Of a stretch of 51,450 nt of DNA, positions 27,317-37,225 are shown piece by piece (position 1 is the first letter of the stretch; the number at the start of each line of letters is the position of its first letter). The position numbers were made by a program, and so were the translations under genes. Under the pieces are notes generated by a model that had not been told where the DNA came from, did not search any database, and saw nothing but the letters and a program-made list of their open reading frames with translations. Source of the DNA: a virus (taxonomy: Duplodnaviria > Caudoviricetes). Location: positions 1-51,450 of the IMG/VR virus record IMGVR_UViG_3300031650_000002, one strand, 5' to 3'.

Positions 27317-28432
27317 TTATACTGTCCAAGTGACGTGATGTTCCGTATCTAAATTATAAATATGGTCTATAGCAGGGCAGCTTGGAAACGCATTTATTTC
27401 ACCTTTTGTAAACTGAGTTACAGGGTCGATATGACTCCAAGTAGAAATTAAAATGCCGCCTTTTTTAGCTTGTATTACCTGTTTTGGAGGATTAGTCTCT
27501 TCCGCAATAGGACCTCTAAGCGTATTTCCACACTGTAAGCTATCTACAAAAATTACATGATTATCTCCAGTAGCACTTAACCACGGGTCGACTGAATGAA
27601 TTGTATGGTCTTCATCCTCATAACTTATCACGGTATCAATTATTACTATTTGAGGAAGCCCAAAAGCCTTTAATGTTAGATTTAAAACATCTAGAGATGG
27701 AACCATTGTTATTTTTGTAGCTCCCCAAGTTGTATAAGGTACTACAAAATTCCTAACTTCATCTGCAGTTACCATCTCTGAAAATTTAGATTCATTCATT
27801 AATATATATTGAGGATTTGCTCCAGCTCTTTTTGCTGCTCTTACGACAGTACGAATGTCAGTTATAGGTTTAATTAGACTTGAATCTCCAGCACTCCAAT
27901 ATCTTGCAGCACTAACCATTTTCTTTTTGTTGGCATCAGGAAGTTGAAAATCTACTACTTCCTCGGTAACTATTCCACCAACATTATTAGTTGTAGAAAG
28001 AACTATTTGCCCAGTAGATAAAGCCTGTAAAGCAAACCATTCTAATCTACCTAATACTGCATCCATACAAAAATTAGTATCGTTAAAGACAAGTTGTAGA
28101 AGTGCTCCCTGTTCAGGATTCGCCATAGCCTTAAAAGCATTATAATCGTTTATATCCGTTTCCGTCATTTGTCTTTTTACTCTAATGGAAGGAATTGAAC
28201 CGGTTAATTTGCTTATGCTTTTTCTTGTCTTGAGAGGGGCACTTGAATTATAAGCCACAACATCTGCCATTACACGATTCCCTTCACTGCCAATTAAAGT
28301 TTCAAAATTCAAATATGGCGTAGTCTTCATGGGGAAGAAGTTAGGCCAATATTGTTTCTCATACGGCCTCTTATTTAACCATATTTCTAAATTCTTCTTA
28401 TTCATCTCATTAAACATATTATATTCACTCAT
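27317..28432 (-). CDS. major capsid protein (lambda E-like)
   Basis: ADVVAYNSSAP, RLEWFALQALSTG motifs; 371 aa. Confidence 0.9.
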   Translation of the reverse strand: MSEYNMFNEMNKKNLEIWLNKRPYEKQYWPNFFPMKTTPYLNFETLIGSEGNRVMADVVAYNSSAPLKTRKSISKLTGSIPSIRVKRQMTETDINDYNAFKAMANPEQGALLQLVFNDTNFCMDAVLGRLEWFALQALSTGQIVLSTTNNVGGIVTEEVVDFQLPDANKKKMVSAARYWSAGDSSLIKPITDIRTVVRAAKRAGANPQYILMNESKFSEMVTADEVRNFVVPYTTWGATKITMVPSLDVLNLTLKAFGLPQIVIIDTVISYEDEDHTIHSVDPWLSATGDNHVIFVDSLQCGNTLRGPIAEETNPPKQVIQAKKGGILISTWSHIDPVTQFTKGEINAFPSCPAIDHIYNLDTEHHVTWTV

Positions 28433-28465
28433 TATTATTCACCTCATTAATTCATTTTTTATTTT

Positions 28466-29071
28466 TTATGCGAATCTTATTCTGGCAGTAAGAGCAGTCT
28501 TGTCAGCAGCAGTTACAAAATAAGGCATCTCTGATTCATCGACCGTACCTCTTACAACAGCCCCAGCGAATAGGTTATTCAGTAAGGTTGTTACACCGTC
28601 CCTTCTAACTTCTACAGTATCTCTTAATACAGCACTAGCCGCATAGAGAGGGGTATTAGTAGCCGCAACAGCTCCCTCGAAAAGGATAGCATTAGTTGCA
28701 ACACCCTTAAGAGGTTTACTCGCAAGTAGTACCGCATTGGAAACTAATCCTGGAGTAATAGTCAGGATAGTAGGAGCATGCACAGTTCCGAACCCGCCAA
28801 TATATTCGCCTTCTACAAATTCATTCCGGGGATCTACATACATAATTGTTGCATCGCTTGCTACATTATGAATGACTTTCGCAGTTTTAACTAAGTCATA
28901 CAGCCCCACGCTGGTAGTGTCCGCATGTAGTAAAGCTCCCTTTTTTATCTCCTGTGTAGTAGTTTTAAATCTATCAGTTCTAATAGTTACTCCACCGGGA
29001 ATATCTTCTAATATTTTTAGAAATACAGGGTCATATACGACCCCTGCTTCTTTTGATACTTGTAAACTCAT
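28466..29071 (-). CDS. head decoration protein
   Basis: Between scaffold and capsid genes; EDIPGGVTI start, AVVRGTV end. Confidence 0.7.
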   Translation of the reverse strand: MSLQVSKEAGVVYDPVFLKILEDIPGGVTIRTDRFKTTTQEIKKGALLHADTTSVGLYDLVKTAKVIHNVASDATIMYVDPRNEFVEGEYIGGFGTVHAPTILTITPGLVSNAVLLASKPLKGVATNAILFEGAVAATNTPLYAASAVLRDTVEVRRDGVTTLLNNLFAGAVVRGTVDESEMPYFVTAADKTALTARIRFA

Positions 29072-29101
29072 TATTATTCACCTCGTTTAATTTAATTATA
29101 T

Positions 29102-29770
29102 TTATTCTTCTATTAATTTCTTACCTTCAAAAGTTCCTTCAGCTGTTCCTTTTCCACTTGCAACCTTAGCTATTAGTTCTTCATTCATGCTCCCAGCCGC
29201 TTCGCCTTTTGCAGGTGCTCCACCGTCTTCTTTTAATTTCTTATCAATTTCAATTTGCCTTGCTTCTAATACTTTATTTTGTAAGTCTTTTATTGCTGTT
29301 TCGATATCTTCATCTTTTTCGGCTATTACATACTTCGAAAACCCTTCATTTAATCCGGCAATTTTCAGTGCCGTTTTAATTTTAGTATCTCGTTTTTCCT
29401 GAATCGTGGTTTCTGTCAACTTTTCCATAGATTCAGTGAGTTTATTAATTCGTTCATTTAAGTCCGAAATTTTCTTTTCTTCTTCATTCATATTTTTTTG
29501 CTCTTCCTTTCTTTTCTCTTCAGCTTTTCCTTTTACCCCCGCTTCCTCAGCCTCTTTCTTGAGTTTAAGGTCATGGGTAGTAACTGCTTGCGTAACTCTT
29601 CTGTCTGTTTCACTTTGTAAGTATTTCTCGAAACTTTTTGTCAAATTAGCTTCTTTAATCGCATTAACAAGCTCCTCTGATGTAAGTTCCACTTCTGTTT
29701 TTCCCTGTTTCTCCTTTTCCCCACCTTCATCAGGTGTAATCTTAGGATCTCCAGTCTTTTCTTTTAACAT
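29102..29770 (-). CDS. capsid scaffolding protein
   Basis: QSETDRRVTQA motif; charged coiled coil. Confidence 0.8.
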   Translation of the reverse strand: MLKEKTGDPKITPDEGGEKEKQGKTEVELTSEELVNAIKEANLTKSFEKYLQSETDRRVTQAVTTHDLKLKKEAEEAGVKGKAEEKRKEEQKNMNEEEKKISDLNERINKLTESMEKLTETTIQEKRDTKIKTALKIAGLNEGFSKYVIAEKDEDIETAIKDLQNKVLEARQIEIDKKLKEDGGAPAKGEAAGSMNEELIAKVASGKGTAEGTFEGKKLIEE

Positions 29771-29804
29771 CTTAATTTATCTCCTTTATATTTTTTATAT
29801 TTAT

Positions 29805-30251
29805 TTAAGTTTTTATTATAATCTTTTTAAGAGAATATTTTTCTGCATCATCTTTAGGTAAAAGATATCCTCTCGATGTTTCTATCTCTACTTCTTTATA
29901 TCTTTTTAAAAAATGTAATTGTTTTAAAAATTTCTTTCCAAATATATATATAAATTGGAAATCTCCTATGACATAAAGCCAAGAATTATCTTCTCTAAAA
30001 ATACCGGAAGGAATAAATTCTAAATTTTCTTTATTGGTTTTCTCTGATATTTCTATATAAAGATTCCCTGTTTCTTTAAACCTATTATCAAATTTTATTT
30101 CAATTCCTGCTTTATTTTCACCTAATGCATATTGATATTCTTTACTTGTATAGGTTAATATCGGTAACCCAATTTTATATAATTCTTCAACTATAAAATC
30201 TTGATAATAATTTCCTTCTTTTAATTTCTCCTCATAGTAAGGCGTATTTAT
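29805..30251 (-). CDS. PD-(D/E)xK nuclease-like ORF lacking a canonical start
   Basis: 148-codon open frame missed by the ORF track: ...GENKAGIEIKFDNRFKETGNLYIEISEK...; only candidate start is ATA overlapping the methyltransferase TAA. Confidence 0.6.
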   Translation of the reverse strand: MNTPYYEEKLKEGNYYQDFIVEELYKIGLPILTYTSKEYQYALGENKAGIEIKFDNRFKETGNLYIEISEKTNKENLEFIPSGIFREDNSWLYVIGDFQFIYIFGKKFLKQLHFLKRYKEVEIETSRGYLLPKDDAEKYSLKKIIIKT

Positions 30252-31171
30252 TTTATTTCAGCTCCCCATGTATCCCAATTATCTATTTTTCGCCGTGCAA
30301 ATAGTTCTATTTTTTTACTGTTTGGATACATCTTTTCTATTAACTCTCTAAAATATTCTGGTTTTTCTGAATGTTCTTTTGACCTTTCAATAGAAATAAC
30401 ACTATCTTCTAATTCTTTATTTTGTTTAAGAAAAGACCCTTTTGTGCATACTAATAAAAATTCGTGTCTTACAGAATTATAATGTCCCCAGTTGTGTTTC
30501 ACTTTATCCCAAATAAAAGATGACTTATATTTAAAGCCCCATGCTTTTATAACTTCAAAACATTCTTCTAATAATGGAGAAGTTACCCACAAAAATAAAA
30601 CTGCATTATCATCTGTAATATCTTCTATATTTAATTCACATAACTCTTGTATGGTCATTGAAGTATAATGTCGTTCAACCGAACCATACCCCTCAACAAG
30701 TGTATCTCCATAAGACCACGGAGGGTCTGCATAAAGAACATTATATTTGCCTTCTGGTAATTCAGGAGTCCCTTCAAATTCATTTTCTCTTTGCAATTTT
30801 CTTGCTAACTTAACAGCCCCAGAAGTGGTTATTTCTTTTTTGTCTTGTATATATTCTTCAAATTTCTCTTCAGGTATAGAAGCGATTCGCTGCCAGCTAG
30901 AAGATTGGTCTTTTGTTACTCCTATATCTGACAAAGTCGTAGGGTGCGATTTTGTGCCAATTGTAATTTGTTCTGGTAATAACTCCCCAGCTCTGCGTTC
31001 AGCCCTTAACTTTATTTCTTCTGCTTTTCTTATTAAGTCTGGACTTTCTTTTGCCTGTATCATTGCATAACGATATGCTTCGGCTTTATCTCTAATAAGT
31101 TTAATTTCATCAACTTTATGGCATTCCTGTATAGCAAATTTCATTTTGTTATACTTTTCTAAATATTCCAT
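30248..31171 (-). CDS. MT-A70-family adenine methyltransferase with N-terminal DNA-binding region
   Basis: YADPPW, LFLWVT, WGFKY, HSEKP, IELFAR. Confidence 0.9.
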   Translation of the reverse strand: MEYLEKYNKMKFAIQECHKVDEIKLIRDKAEAYRYAMIQAKESPDLIRKAEEIKLRAERRAGELLPEQITIGTKSHPTTLSDIGVTKDQSSSWQRIASIPEEKFEEYIQDKKEITTSGAVKLARKLQRENEFEGTPELPEGKYNVLYADPPWSYGDTLVEGYGSVERHYTSMTIQELCELNIEDITDDNAVLFLWVTSPLLEECFEVIKAWGFKYKSSFIWDKVKHNWGHYNSVRHEFLLVCTKGSFLKQNKELEDSVISIERSKEHSEKPEYFRELIEKMYPNSKKIELFARRKIDNWDTWGAEIK

Positions 31172-31191
31172 ATTCCCCCCTTTTATAAAAC

Positions 31192-31252
31192 AAAAAAAAG
31201 CGCCAGAGACTAAGAAGTTTAATTCTTAATCTTTGGCGCTCTAAGGCACTCT
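31192..31252 (-). terminator. Com-site/terminator element, copy B
   Basis: AGAGTGCC-TTA-GAGCGCC-AAAGATTAAGAATTAAACTTCTTAGTCTC-TGGCGC-T8. Confidence 0.85.
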
Positions 31253-31290
31253 CAAAATTCTATTTAATTTTCAAGAATATATACACATTA

Positions 31291-31319
31291 ATTATAATAT
31301 AATATTTTTTATATGTCAA
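31291..31319 (-). promoter_or_regulatory. consensus sigma70 promoter upstream of copy B
   Basis: TTGACA (31319-31314), 17 nt, TATAAT (31296-31291). Confidence 0.85.
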
Positions 31320-31992
31320 CTTTTCTATCATTAAAATATTTATCATAGTTATAGAAGATTACAAATCCCTTAACGAATTGGAAACTTACATATTGGATGG
31401 GCATATCTACCCCGTAAATTTTAATCTTAATCGCCTCAAATTTAATCTTATTAAACCAAACCAATATTTCTTCTATGGAGTACGCCTCATCTATAATCTG
31501 TAATCTACCCGGTAATTTCCCATGCATAAAAACCTGTAGTCTGGCGTCAGGAATATTAAGGTAGATAGTTGTATTTTCATGAGAATACCGTTCTATATTC
31601 TTTAGCAAGCCTGGGATTTTCTCTCGTGGTATATGCTCCATTATATCACATAGGCATATCACATCAAACTTTTTCTTATCAAGATTAATATTAGTTACAT
31701 CACCTGTTAGATATTTAATGTTTTTATGGTTAGAATTTTCTTCTGCAAACTCGATTAATTTTGGTGACAAATCTACACCAATAACTTTTGCACCTAATTC
31801 AGCAATATAACGGGTAGTGATCCCGGTCCCGCAACCTAAATCTAATACACTCATACCATCACCAATTATTTTTCTTAGGTCTTCTTTAATTTTGGTATGG
31901 CGGGGGTTTTCACGGGTATGATCATATTTAAGATAATCGAGGAAATTGTCGTAATAATTTTTTACCTCGGTTGTAGTGGGTTTTTTATTCAT
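31309..31992 (-). CDS. class I SAM-dependent methyltransferase (possible sugar O-methyltransferase)
   Basis: VLDLGCGTG, GVDLS, FDVI...DIMEHI; coupled to a glycosyltransferase. Confidence 0.85.
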   Translation of the reverse strand: MNKKPTTTEVKNYYDNFLDYLKYDHTRENPRHTKIKEDLRKIIGDGMSVLDLGCGTGITTRYIAELGAKVIGVDLSPKLIEFAEENSNHKNIKYLTGDVTNINLDKKKFDVICLCDIMEHIPREKIPGLLKNIERYSHENTTIYLNIPDARLQVFMHGKLPGRLQIIDEAYSIEEILVWFNKIKFEAIKIKIYGVDMPIQYVSFQFVKGFVIFYNYDKYFNDRKVDI

Positions 31993-32921
31993 GATATTGC
32001 CTCTATAACTTTTCTTAATTCGTTCAATTGATTTTCAAGTATCCAGCCTTCGTATTTAACCCAGTTTTTGTATGAATTAGAATGATAATCTTCATCTCTT
32101 ATTTCATTCACCGCTTCCTCAATAGTATTAAAAATATCAATGTCAGGATATAATTCTCTTGCCCCTCTGAAATTATGTATAACTGGTTTTATCCCTCTTG
32201 CCATAGCCTCAGTTATGGCCAGCGAATGCCCTTCATGAATCGAGGTATGTAGTAAGTAGTCCATACCTTTCCAGAAGTCCTCCATGTCATCGATCCAGCC
32301 ATAAAAAACAACGTTATCCTGTAACCCCATTTCTTTAATCATGTGCTCTAAATAAACTTTATACCGTAGATCCTGATAAGATCCTGCTATATGTAATAAG
32401 TATCTCTTATCAATATCTACCAGCTTTTTCATTATTTGCAGTGCCATTTGCGGGTTCTTTTTGTAATTAATGAATCCTACCCAGGCAACATTAAACCCTG
32501 TCTCTCTCTTTTTAAATGGAATTTTATCTATATCTACTCCATTATATATAACCTCATTCTTTACTTTATCTATAATACCAGGAGATAATTCATTCAAGAT
32601 TTCTCTAATATGTGGAGCTACAAAGATTAATCTATCTACCACATCCCAGTTAATCTGCTTAGGGAAGTCAGTAAATATTTCATAGCTATGAAGACGGATT
32701 ATTACCTTTTTTCCTTCTATCTTTTTATAATTAGTCCCTATAACAGCTACTTCATTCGCCCATTCAAAGAAAATTATATCCCCATAATCTATTGCATTAA
32801 AAATATCCCATTTAGTCCTTACTACAAACTTCCTTACTGTATAATCACTTGATAGCCCTTCTATTATCGGGTCTATAAAATTATCTAACCCAGCTGCGCA
32901 AATTACGCTTATTTTTTCCAA
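31989..32921 (-). CDS. GT4 glycosyltransferase
   Basis: VIYNGVD, SIHEGHSLAITEAMARG (Ex7E). Confidence 0.9.
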   Translation of the reverse strand: MEKISVICAAGLDNFIDPIIEGLSSDYTVRKFVVRTKWDIFNAIDYGDIIFFEWANEVAVIGTNYKKIEGKKVIIRLHSYEIFTDFPKQINWDVVDRLIFVAPHIREILNELSPGIIDKVKNEVIYNGVDIDKIPFKKRETGFNVAWVGFINYKKNPQMALQIMKKLVDIDKRYLLHIAGSYQDLRYKVYLEHMIKEMGLQDNVVFYGWIDDMEDFWKGMDYLLHTSIHEGHSLAITEAMARGIKPVIHNFRGARELYPDIDIFNTIEEAVNEIRDEDYHSNSYKNWVKYEGWILENQLNELRKVIEAIS

Positions 32922-32972
32922 TTTGCCTCCTTTATTATTTAATCTTTTGGGGTTAATCTTTCCGCAATCTCT

Positions 32973-33308
32973 TCATCCGTTTAACACCCTCATATATTCT
33001 TTAATAAACTCTGGGTTATCCCGAATAAAGCAGGAAGAACACGTCGTTAATTGGCAAGTCATTCTCTCGTCATTTTCTAAGTCAAAACGCATTTCATAAC
33101 GCATACCATGCCAAGCCTCGTGTAGGATTACCTGAAGTTCATATTGATAATCAAGTGAATCAAGTATTTTTATTTCTTTAGCCCCTTCGTTAATATGACC
33201 ATCTAAAGAACGTTCATCTTCTACAATTATTTTATGATAGGTAATTATATAATCACTCGATACAATTCTAACCTTCTTAAACTTTATACGCTTTTCTTTC
33301 TGTTTCAT
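32973..33308 (-). CDS. small HExxH metallopeptidase-like protein
   Basis: VILHEAWHG followed by EndE. Confidence 0.7.
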   Translation of the reverse strand: MKQKEKRIKFKKVRIVSSDYIITYHKIIVEDERSLDGHINEGAKEIKILDSLDYQYELQVILHEAWHGMRYEMRFDLENDERMTCQLTTCSSCFIRDNPEFIKEYMRVLNG

Positions 33309-33319
33309 AATCCCCCTTT

Positions 33320-34033
33320 CTATCCTATATAGAACCTTTGATTCTCTATTAACTGCTCTTCAGCTACATCCCTCACTACCCGAGCAGGTGCACCCATAAC
33401 TACCATTCGAGCCGGTACATCTTTGGTAATTATGCTACCAGCAGCTACTAAAGCATCCTCTCCGATAACTTTACCCGGGAGAATAACCGCTCCCGCTCCA
33501 ATTCTACCGCCTTTTTTAACTGTAACGCCTTTAAAATGTTTAAATCGTTCTTCTGTCCTACCTAAATAATTATCATTACTTGTCACCACTCCGGGAGCGA
33601 TAAAAACATAATCTCCTAATTCTGAATAAGCGGTAATATAACAATTGCTTTCCAATTTGCAACGTTTGCCAATTAAGACATAATTCTCAATAGTTACGCC
33701 CCTGCCAATTATGGTATATTCGCCTATAGTGGTATTTTCTCTTATAGTAGCCATGTCAGCCACCATAACATTATTAGCGATATTAGAGCCAATATAAATA
33801 ATTGCACCTGACCCGATTATACAATTATCGCCTATCACCGTTGGAGTTAAATCCTTTTCCTCTTTTAAAGTGCTTATACTTGCTTTCATGGGAAGTTTTC
33901 CGATTACTGCGTTGTCATCAATTCTTACGTTATTGCCGATTATAACGCCGCTTTTGATTACTACGTTATGGCCAAACTGACAATTATTGCCGATTATAAC
34001 GTTATCTTCAATAATTACATTGTTTGATTTCAT
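33320..34033 (-). CDS. hexapeptide-repeat N-acetyltransferase (WbpD-like)
   Basis: Left-handed beta-helix repeats; DYVFIAPGVVTSND, VAAGSIITKDVP. Confidence 0.85.
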   Translation of the reverse strand: MKSNNVIIEDNVIIGNNCQFGHNVVIKSGVIIGNNVRIDDNAVIGKLPMKASISTLKEEKDLTPTVIGDNCIIGSGAIIYIGSNIANNVMVADMATIRENTTIGEYTIIGRGVTIENYVLIGKRCKLESNCYITAYSELGDYVFIAPGVVTSNDNYLGRTEERFKHFKGVTVKKGGRIGAGAVILPGKVIGEDALVAAGSIITKDVPARMVVMGAPARVVRDVAEEQLIENQRFYIG

Positions 34034-34676
34034 TTAATACCTCATATATTTGCTTTCTGGCTATCTTACAATATTCTTTACTTATTTCACTACCAATATA
34101 ATTACGATTATTCCTAATTGCTATTTTGGCTGTTGTGCCAATGCCCATAAATGGGTCATAAATAATATCATGTTCATTACTAAAATTTATAATAAAAAAT
34201 TTTGCTATATCATCGTGCATAATTGCCTTATGTTCTTTACACATTTTAGCAACTGATGTTGTTATATGATTTTTTGTATATGTATTGTTAGATTTTAATT
34301 TATTACCAAAACAAAATATAAATTCATAAGCATTTGTTATATTAAACCCTCTTGCAGGCATTGGATTTGATTTTTCCCAAATAAATATTTCGTATATTTT
34401 ATTATAAAAATTGCCTATTAAGCGAAATATATCTTGTTTGTTATAGTAATTTTTTTGTAAATTAATAAAAACATTACCTTTTGTAATTCTTATTGCTTCA
34501 TCAATAAATGTTTTTAGAAACGAATAATAATCATTTATAATATCGTTATAAAACAAATATTTATCATTTCTTTTTCTGTTATATGGTGGAGAAGTAAAAG
34601 TTAAATCTACGCTCTTATCAGGTATATCCTTCATCACTTCAAGACAATCACCACATATTATTTGGTTTACTTCCAC
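34008..34676 (-). CDS. beta-class N4-C/N6-A DNA methyltransferase
   Basis: TSPPY precedes DPFMGIGTT. Confidence 0.9.
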   Translation of the reverse strand: MEVNQIICGDCLEVMKDIPDKSVDLTFTSPPYNRKRNDKYLFYNDIINDYYSFLKTFIDEAIRITKGNVFINLQKNYYNKQDIFRLIGNFYNKIYEIFIWEKSNPMPARGFNITNAYEFIFCFGNKLKSNNTYTKNHITTSVAKMCKEHKAIMHDDIAKFFIINFSNEHDIIYDPFMGIGTTAKIAIRNNRNYIGSEISKEYCKIARKQIYEVLNEIKQCNY

Positions 34677-35794
34677 GATACCTCCTCAAAATCCCCCGAA
34701 CCTATATCCAACCCCTCATCAGCACCTATAGCCCTTGAATACTTCTGAGACTTATAGGCCATCAAAATTATACTTAATGATTTTTTACCTTCGTTGCCGT
34801 CAATTAATGGAGTGTCATCAGTCCTTATCGCATTTATAAAGTCTGCATATAAGGGGGTATGTCCGTCTCCATAGATGTTACCGTCTTCTAAATCACATTC
34901 TTTTTTTACCTGCTCCAGTGTATCCCGACTGTCCTCAAAGCCCCAGACTAAGATCTTATTTAAAGCCAGCCCACCAATAACCGCCGTCCCCTTTTCGCCT
35001 AATATAGTCAATGTTTCTTCTAAGTTTTTAGGATACACATTAACAGTCCCTTCGATGTTCCCGATAGCTCCATTGTTAAATTTGATGATAATGCTTCCAT
35101 AGTCTTCAGCTTGAATATAGGGATGTAGGAAATTCCCGGTCTGGCCATAAACGGAGTATATTCCGCTTCCTATCATCCATTGGAGTAAGTCTATATTGTG
35201 AGTGCATTGGTTTAATAAGCAACCGCCGTCTAATTTCCATGTACCTCTCCACCCTGCTTTATCGTAGTATTCTTTACTTCTATTCCATAAGATCCTAGCA
35301 GTACCGGCAAAGATCCGACCAAATCTTCCCGTCTCGACTGCCTGTCTTAACTTCTGTATAGGCTTATTAAATCTATTTTGATGACAGACTGCTAACTTTA
35401 GCTTATTTCGTTTGGCCATCTCTATCATCTCATTAGCACCTGATATTGACATAGCCATAGGCTTTTCTACGATTACATGCTTACCGTGGTCAAGACAGTA
35501 AAGAGCAATTTCAACGTGATAGCCGGATTCGGTGCAAATAGAGCAGATGTTTATGTCCTCTTTTTGGAGCATTGTTTTATAATCGGAATAGATGTTAATT
35601 CTTGTTGCCGGTATATTATTTTTTACTGTTCCCATTAAATATTTAGCCGATATAAACCCAGCTTTACTTTTTACAATATCGCAAGTAGCCACAAGTTCTA
35701 TATCTTGATGATTATTTAACACCGCTTTTAAGTGATTATCGGATATCCTTCCACAGCCGATTAAAGCTAATTTTAATTTATTTTTTATAGTCAT
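34667..35794 (-). CDS. Gfo/Idh/MocA oxidoreductase (WbpB-like)
   Basis: IGCGRI, VEKP, QNRFN, WRGTWKLDGG, NQCTHNID. Confidence 0.9.
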   Translation of the reverse strand: MTIKNKLKLALIGCGRISDNHLKAVLNNHQDIELVATCDIVKSKAGFISAKYLMGTVKNNIPATRINIYSDYKTMLQKEDINICSICTESGYHVEIALYCLDHGKHVIVEKPMAMSISGANEMIEMAKRNKLKLAVCHQNRFNKPIQKLRQAVETGRFGRIFAGTARILWNRSKEYYDKAGWRGTWKLDGGCLLNQCTHNIDLLQWMIGSGIYSVYGQTGNFLHPYIQAEDYGSIIIKFNNGAIGNIEGTVNVYPKNLEETLTILGEKGTAVIGGLALNKILVWGFEDSRDTLEQVKKECDLEDGNIYGDGHTPLYADFINAIRTDDTPLIDGNEGKKSLSIILMAYKSQKYSRAIGADEGLDIGSGDFEEVSWK

Positions 35795-35831
35795 TTAATC
35801 CCTATCCTTTTCAAAGAATACCTTTAGACAT

Positions 35832-37031
35832 TCATTTATATAAATTGATACTGCTAATACAATAATAACTGTTAATCAATATGTCATCCTTATAAAATTC
35901 GCTTATTTTATCTACTATATATTCCTGTTGTTCCCCTGTGATTTCCGGATAAATCGGTAAGGCCAGAACGTGTTTACTTGCATTTTCAGCAACGGGGAAG
36001 TCCCCTTCTTTGTAGCCTAAATATTTAAAGCATTCTTGTAAATGTAGACACAATGGATAGTATATGTTAGTGCCTATGCCGTTTTCTTTTAGGTATTCTT
36101 GAAGTCTGTCTCTATCTCTTGCGTAGATTACATATTGGTTAAAGGTGTGTTCTTTGTGGTTTTCTATATTATAGATATCACACAAGGGAAAATTTAATAT
36201 AGTCAATAAATCGTATTTCTTAATCAATTTATAATATCTGCGTGCCACCTTGAATCTATCACTTATCCACTTATCTAAATACCTTAACTTTATAAGCAAT
36301 ATAGCAGCGTGTATTTCGTCTAAGCGGGAATTAATGCCTATAACTTTATGATAGTATTTAGGGTCTGCACCATGAGAACGGAATAGCCGGCAATAATCAG
36401 CATATTCTTTTGAAGAGGTTATAATCATACCGCCATCTCCATAAGTGCCAAGATTTTTCGTAGGATAAAAAGAGAAGGTTGCAAGGTCTCCGTAGCTTCC
36501 GGCTCTTTTGCCGAGATATTCTGAGCCTATAGCCTGTGCGCAATCTTCTACTACTTTTAAGTTATATATGCAGGCTATGTCCATAATCTTATCCATTTTG
36601 CACATCTGGCCGAATAGATGGACAGGGATAATTGCCTTAACATTTTTACCAATCTCTAAATTAGCTTTCATATATTCTTGTATTTTTGCAGGATCTATAT
36701 TGTAAGTATCCAGCTCGATATCTACAAATACCGGAGTCGCTCCCGCTCTAACTATGCTCCCAGCAGTAGCAAAGAATGTAAAGGGTGTCGTTATAACATA
36801 ATCACCTTTAGTTATTCCTACAGCTTTTAAGGCTATATAGAGAGCGTCTGAACCGTTGGCCACGCCTACGCCATATCGAGTGCCGGAATAGCAGGCAATA
36901 AAGTTTTCTATTAGTCTTACATTATCGCCATTGATAACTATGCCAGATTCAAGAACGGATTTAATGGTATGGTTAATTTCTGAGCTTATAGAGTTATATT
37001 GAGTCGTTAAATCAAATTGCGGTATATTCAT
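35832..37031 (-). CDS. DegT/DnrJ sugar aminotransferase (WbpE-like)
   Basis: VANGSDAL, EDCAQA, SFYPTKNLG, NSRLDE. Confidence 0.92.
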   Translation of the reverse strand: MNIPQFDLTTQYNSISSEINHTIKSVLESGIVINGDNVRLIENFIACYSGTRYGVGVANGSDALYIALKAVGITKGDYVITTPFTFFATAGSIVRAGATPVFVDIELDTYNIDPAKIQEYMKANLEIGKNVKAIIPVHLFGQMCKMDKIMDIACIYNLKVVEDCAQAIGSEYLGKRAGSYGDLATFSFYPTKNLGTYGDGGMIITSSKEYADYCRLFRSHGADPKYYHKVIGINSRLDEIHAAILLIKLRYLDKWISDRFKVARRYYKLIKKYDLLTILNFPLCDIYNIENHKEHTFNQYVIYARDRDRLQEYLKENGIGTNIYYPLCLHLQECFKYLGYKEGDFPVAENASKHVLALPIYPEITGEQQEYIVDKISEFYKDDILINSYYCISSINLYK

Positions 37032-37050
37032 TTATTCCTCCTTTTTCTTT

Positions 37051-37224
37051 TTATGATTTAAATTTCTCACCTGAATTTTTACTAATAGCAACCCCTTGCT
37101 TAATGGCTTTTAACTTAGCCGTTGCTTCGGATTTCTTATCGCCAGTAGTATAAGTATAGCAAGCCCCCGAATCTCCATACTTCCAGCCGGGTTTATTCTC
37201 TGAACTACATCTCATTAATGGCAT
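37051..37224 (-). CDS. small hypothetical protein (57 aa)
   Basis: MPLMRCSSENKPGWKYGDSGACYTY...; GAGGTG RBS; below the ORF-track cutoff. Confidence 0.6.
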   Translation of the reverse strand: MPLMRCSSENKPGWKYGDSGACYTYTTGDKKSEATAKLKAIKQGVAISKNSGEKFKS

Positions 37225-37225
37225 T

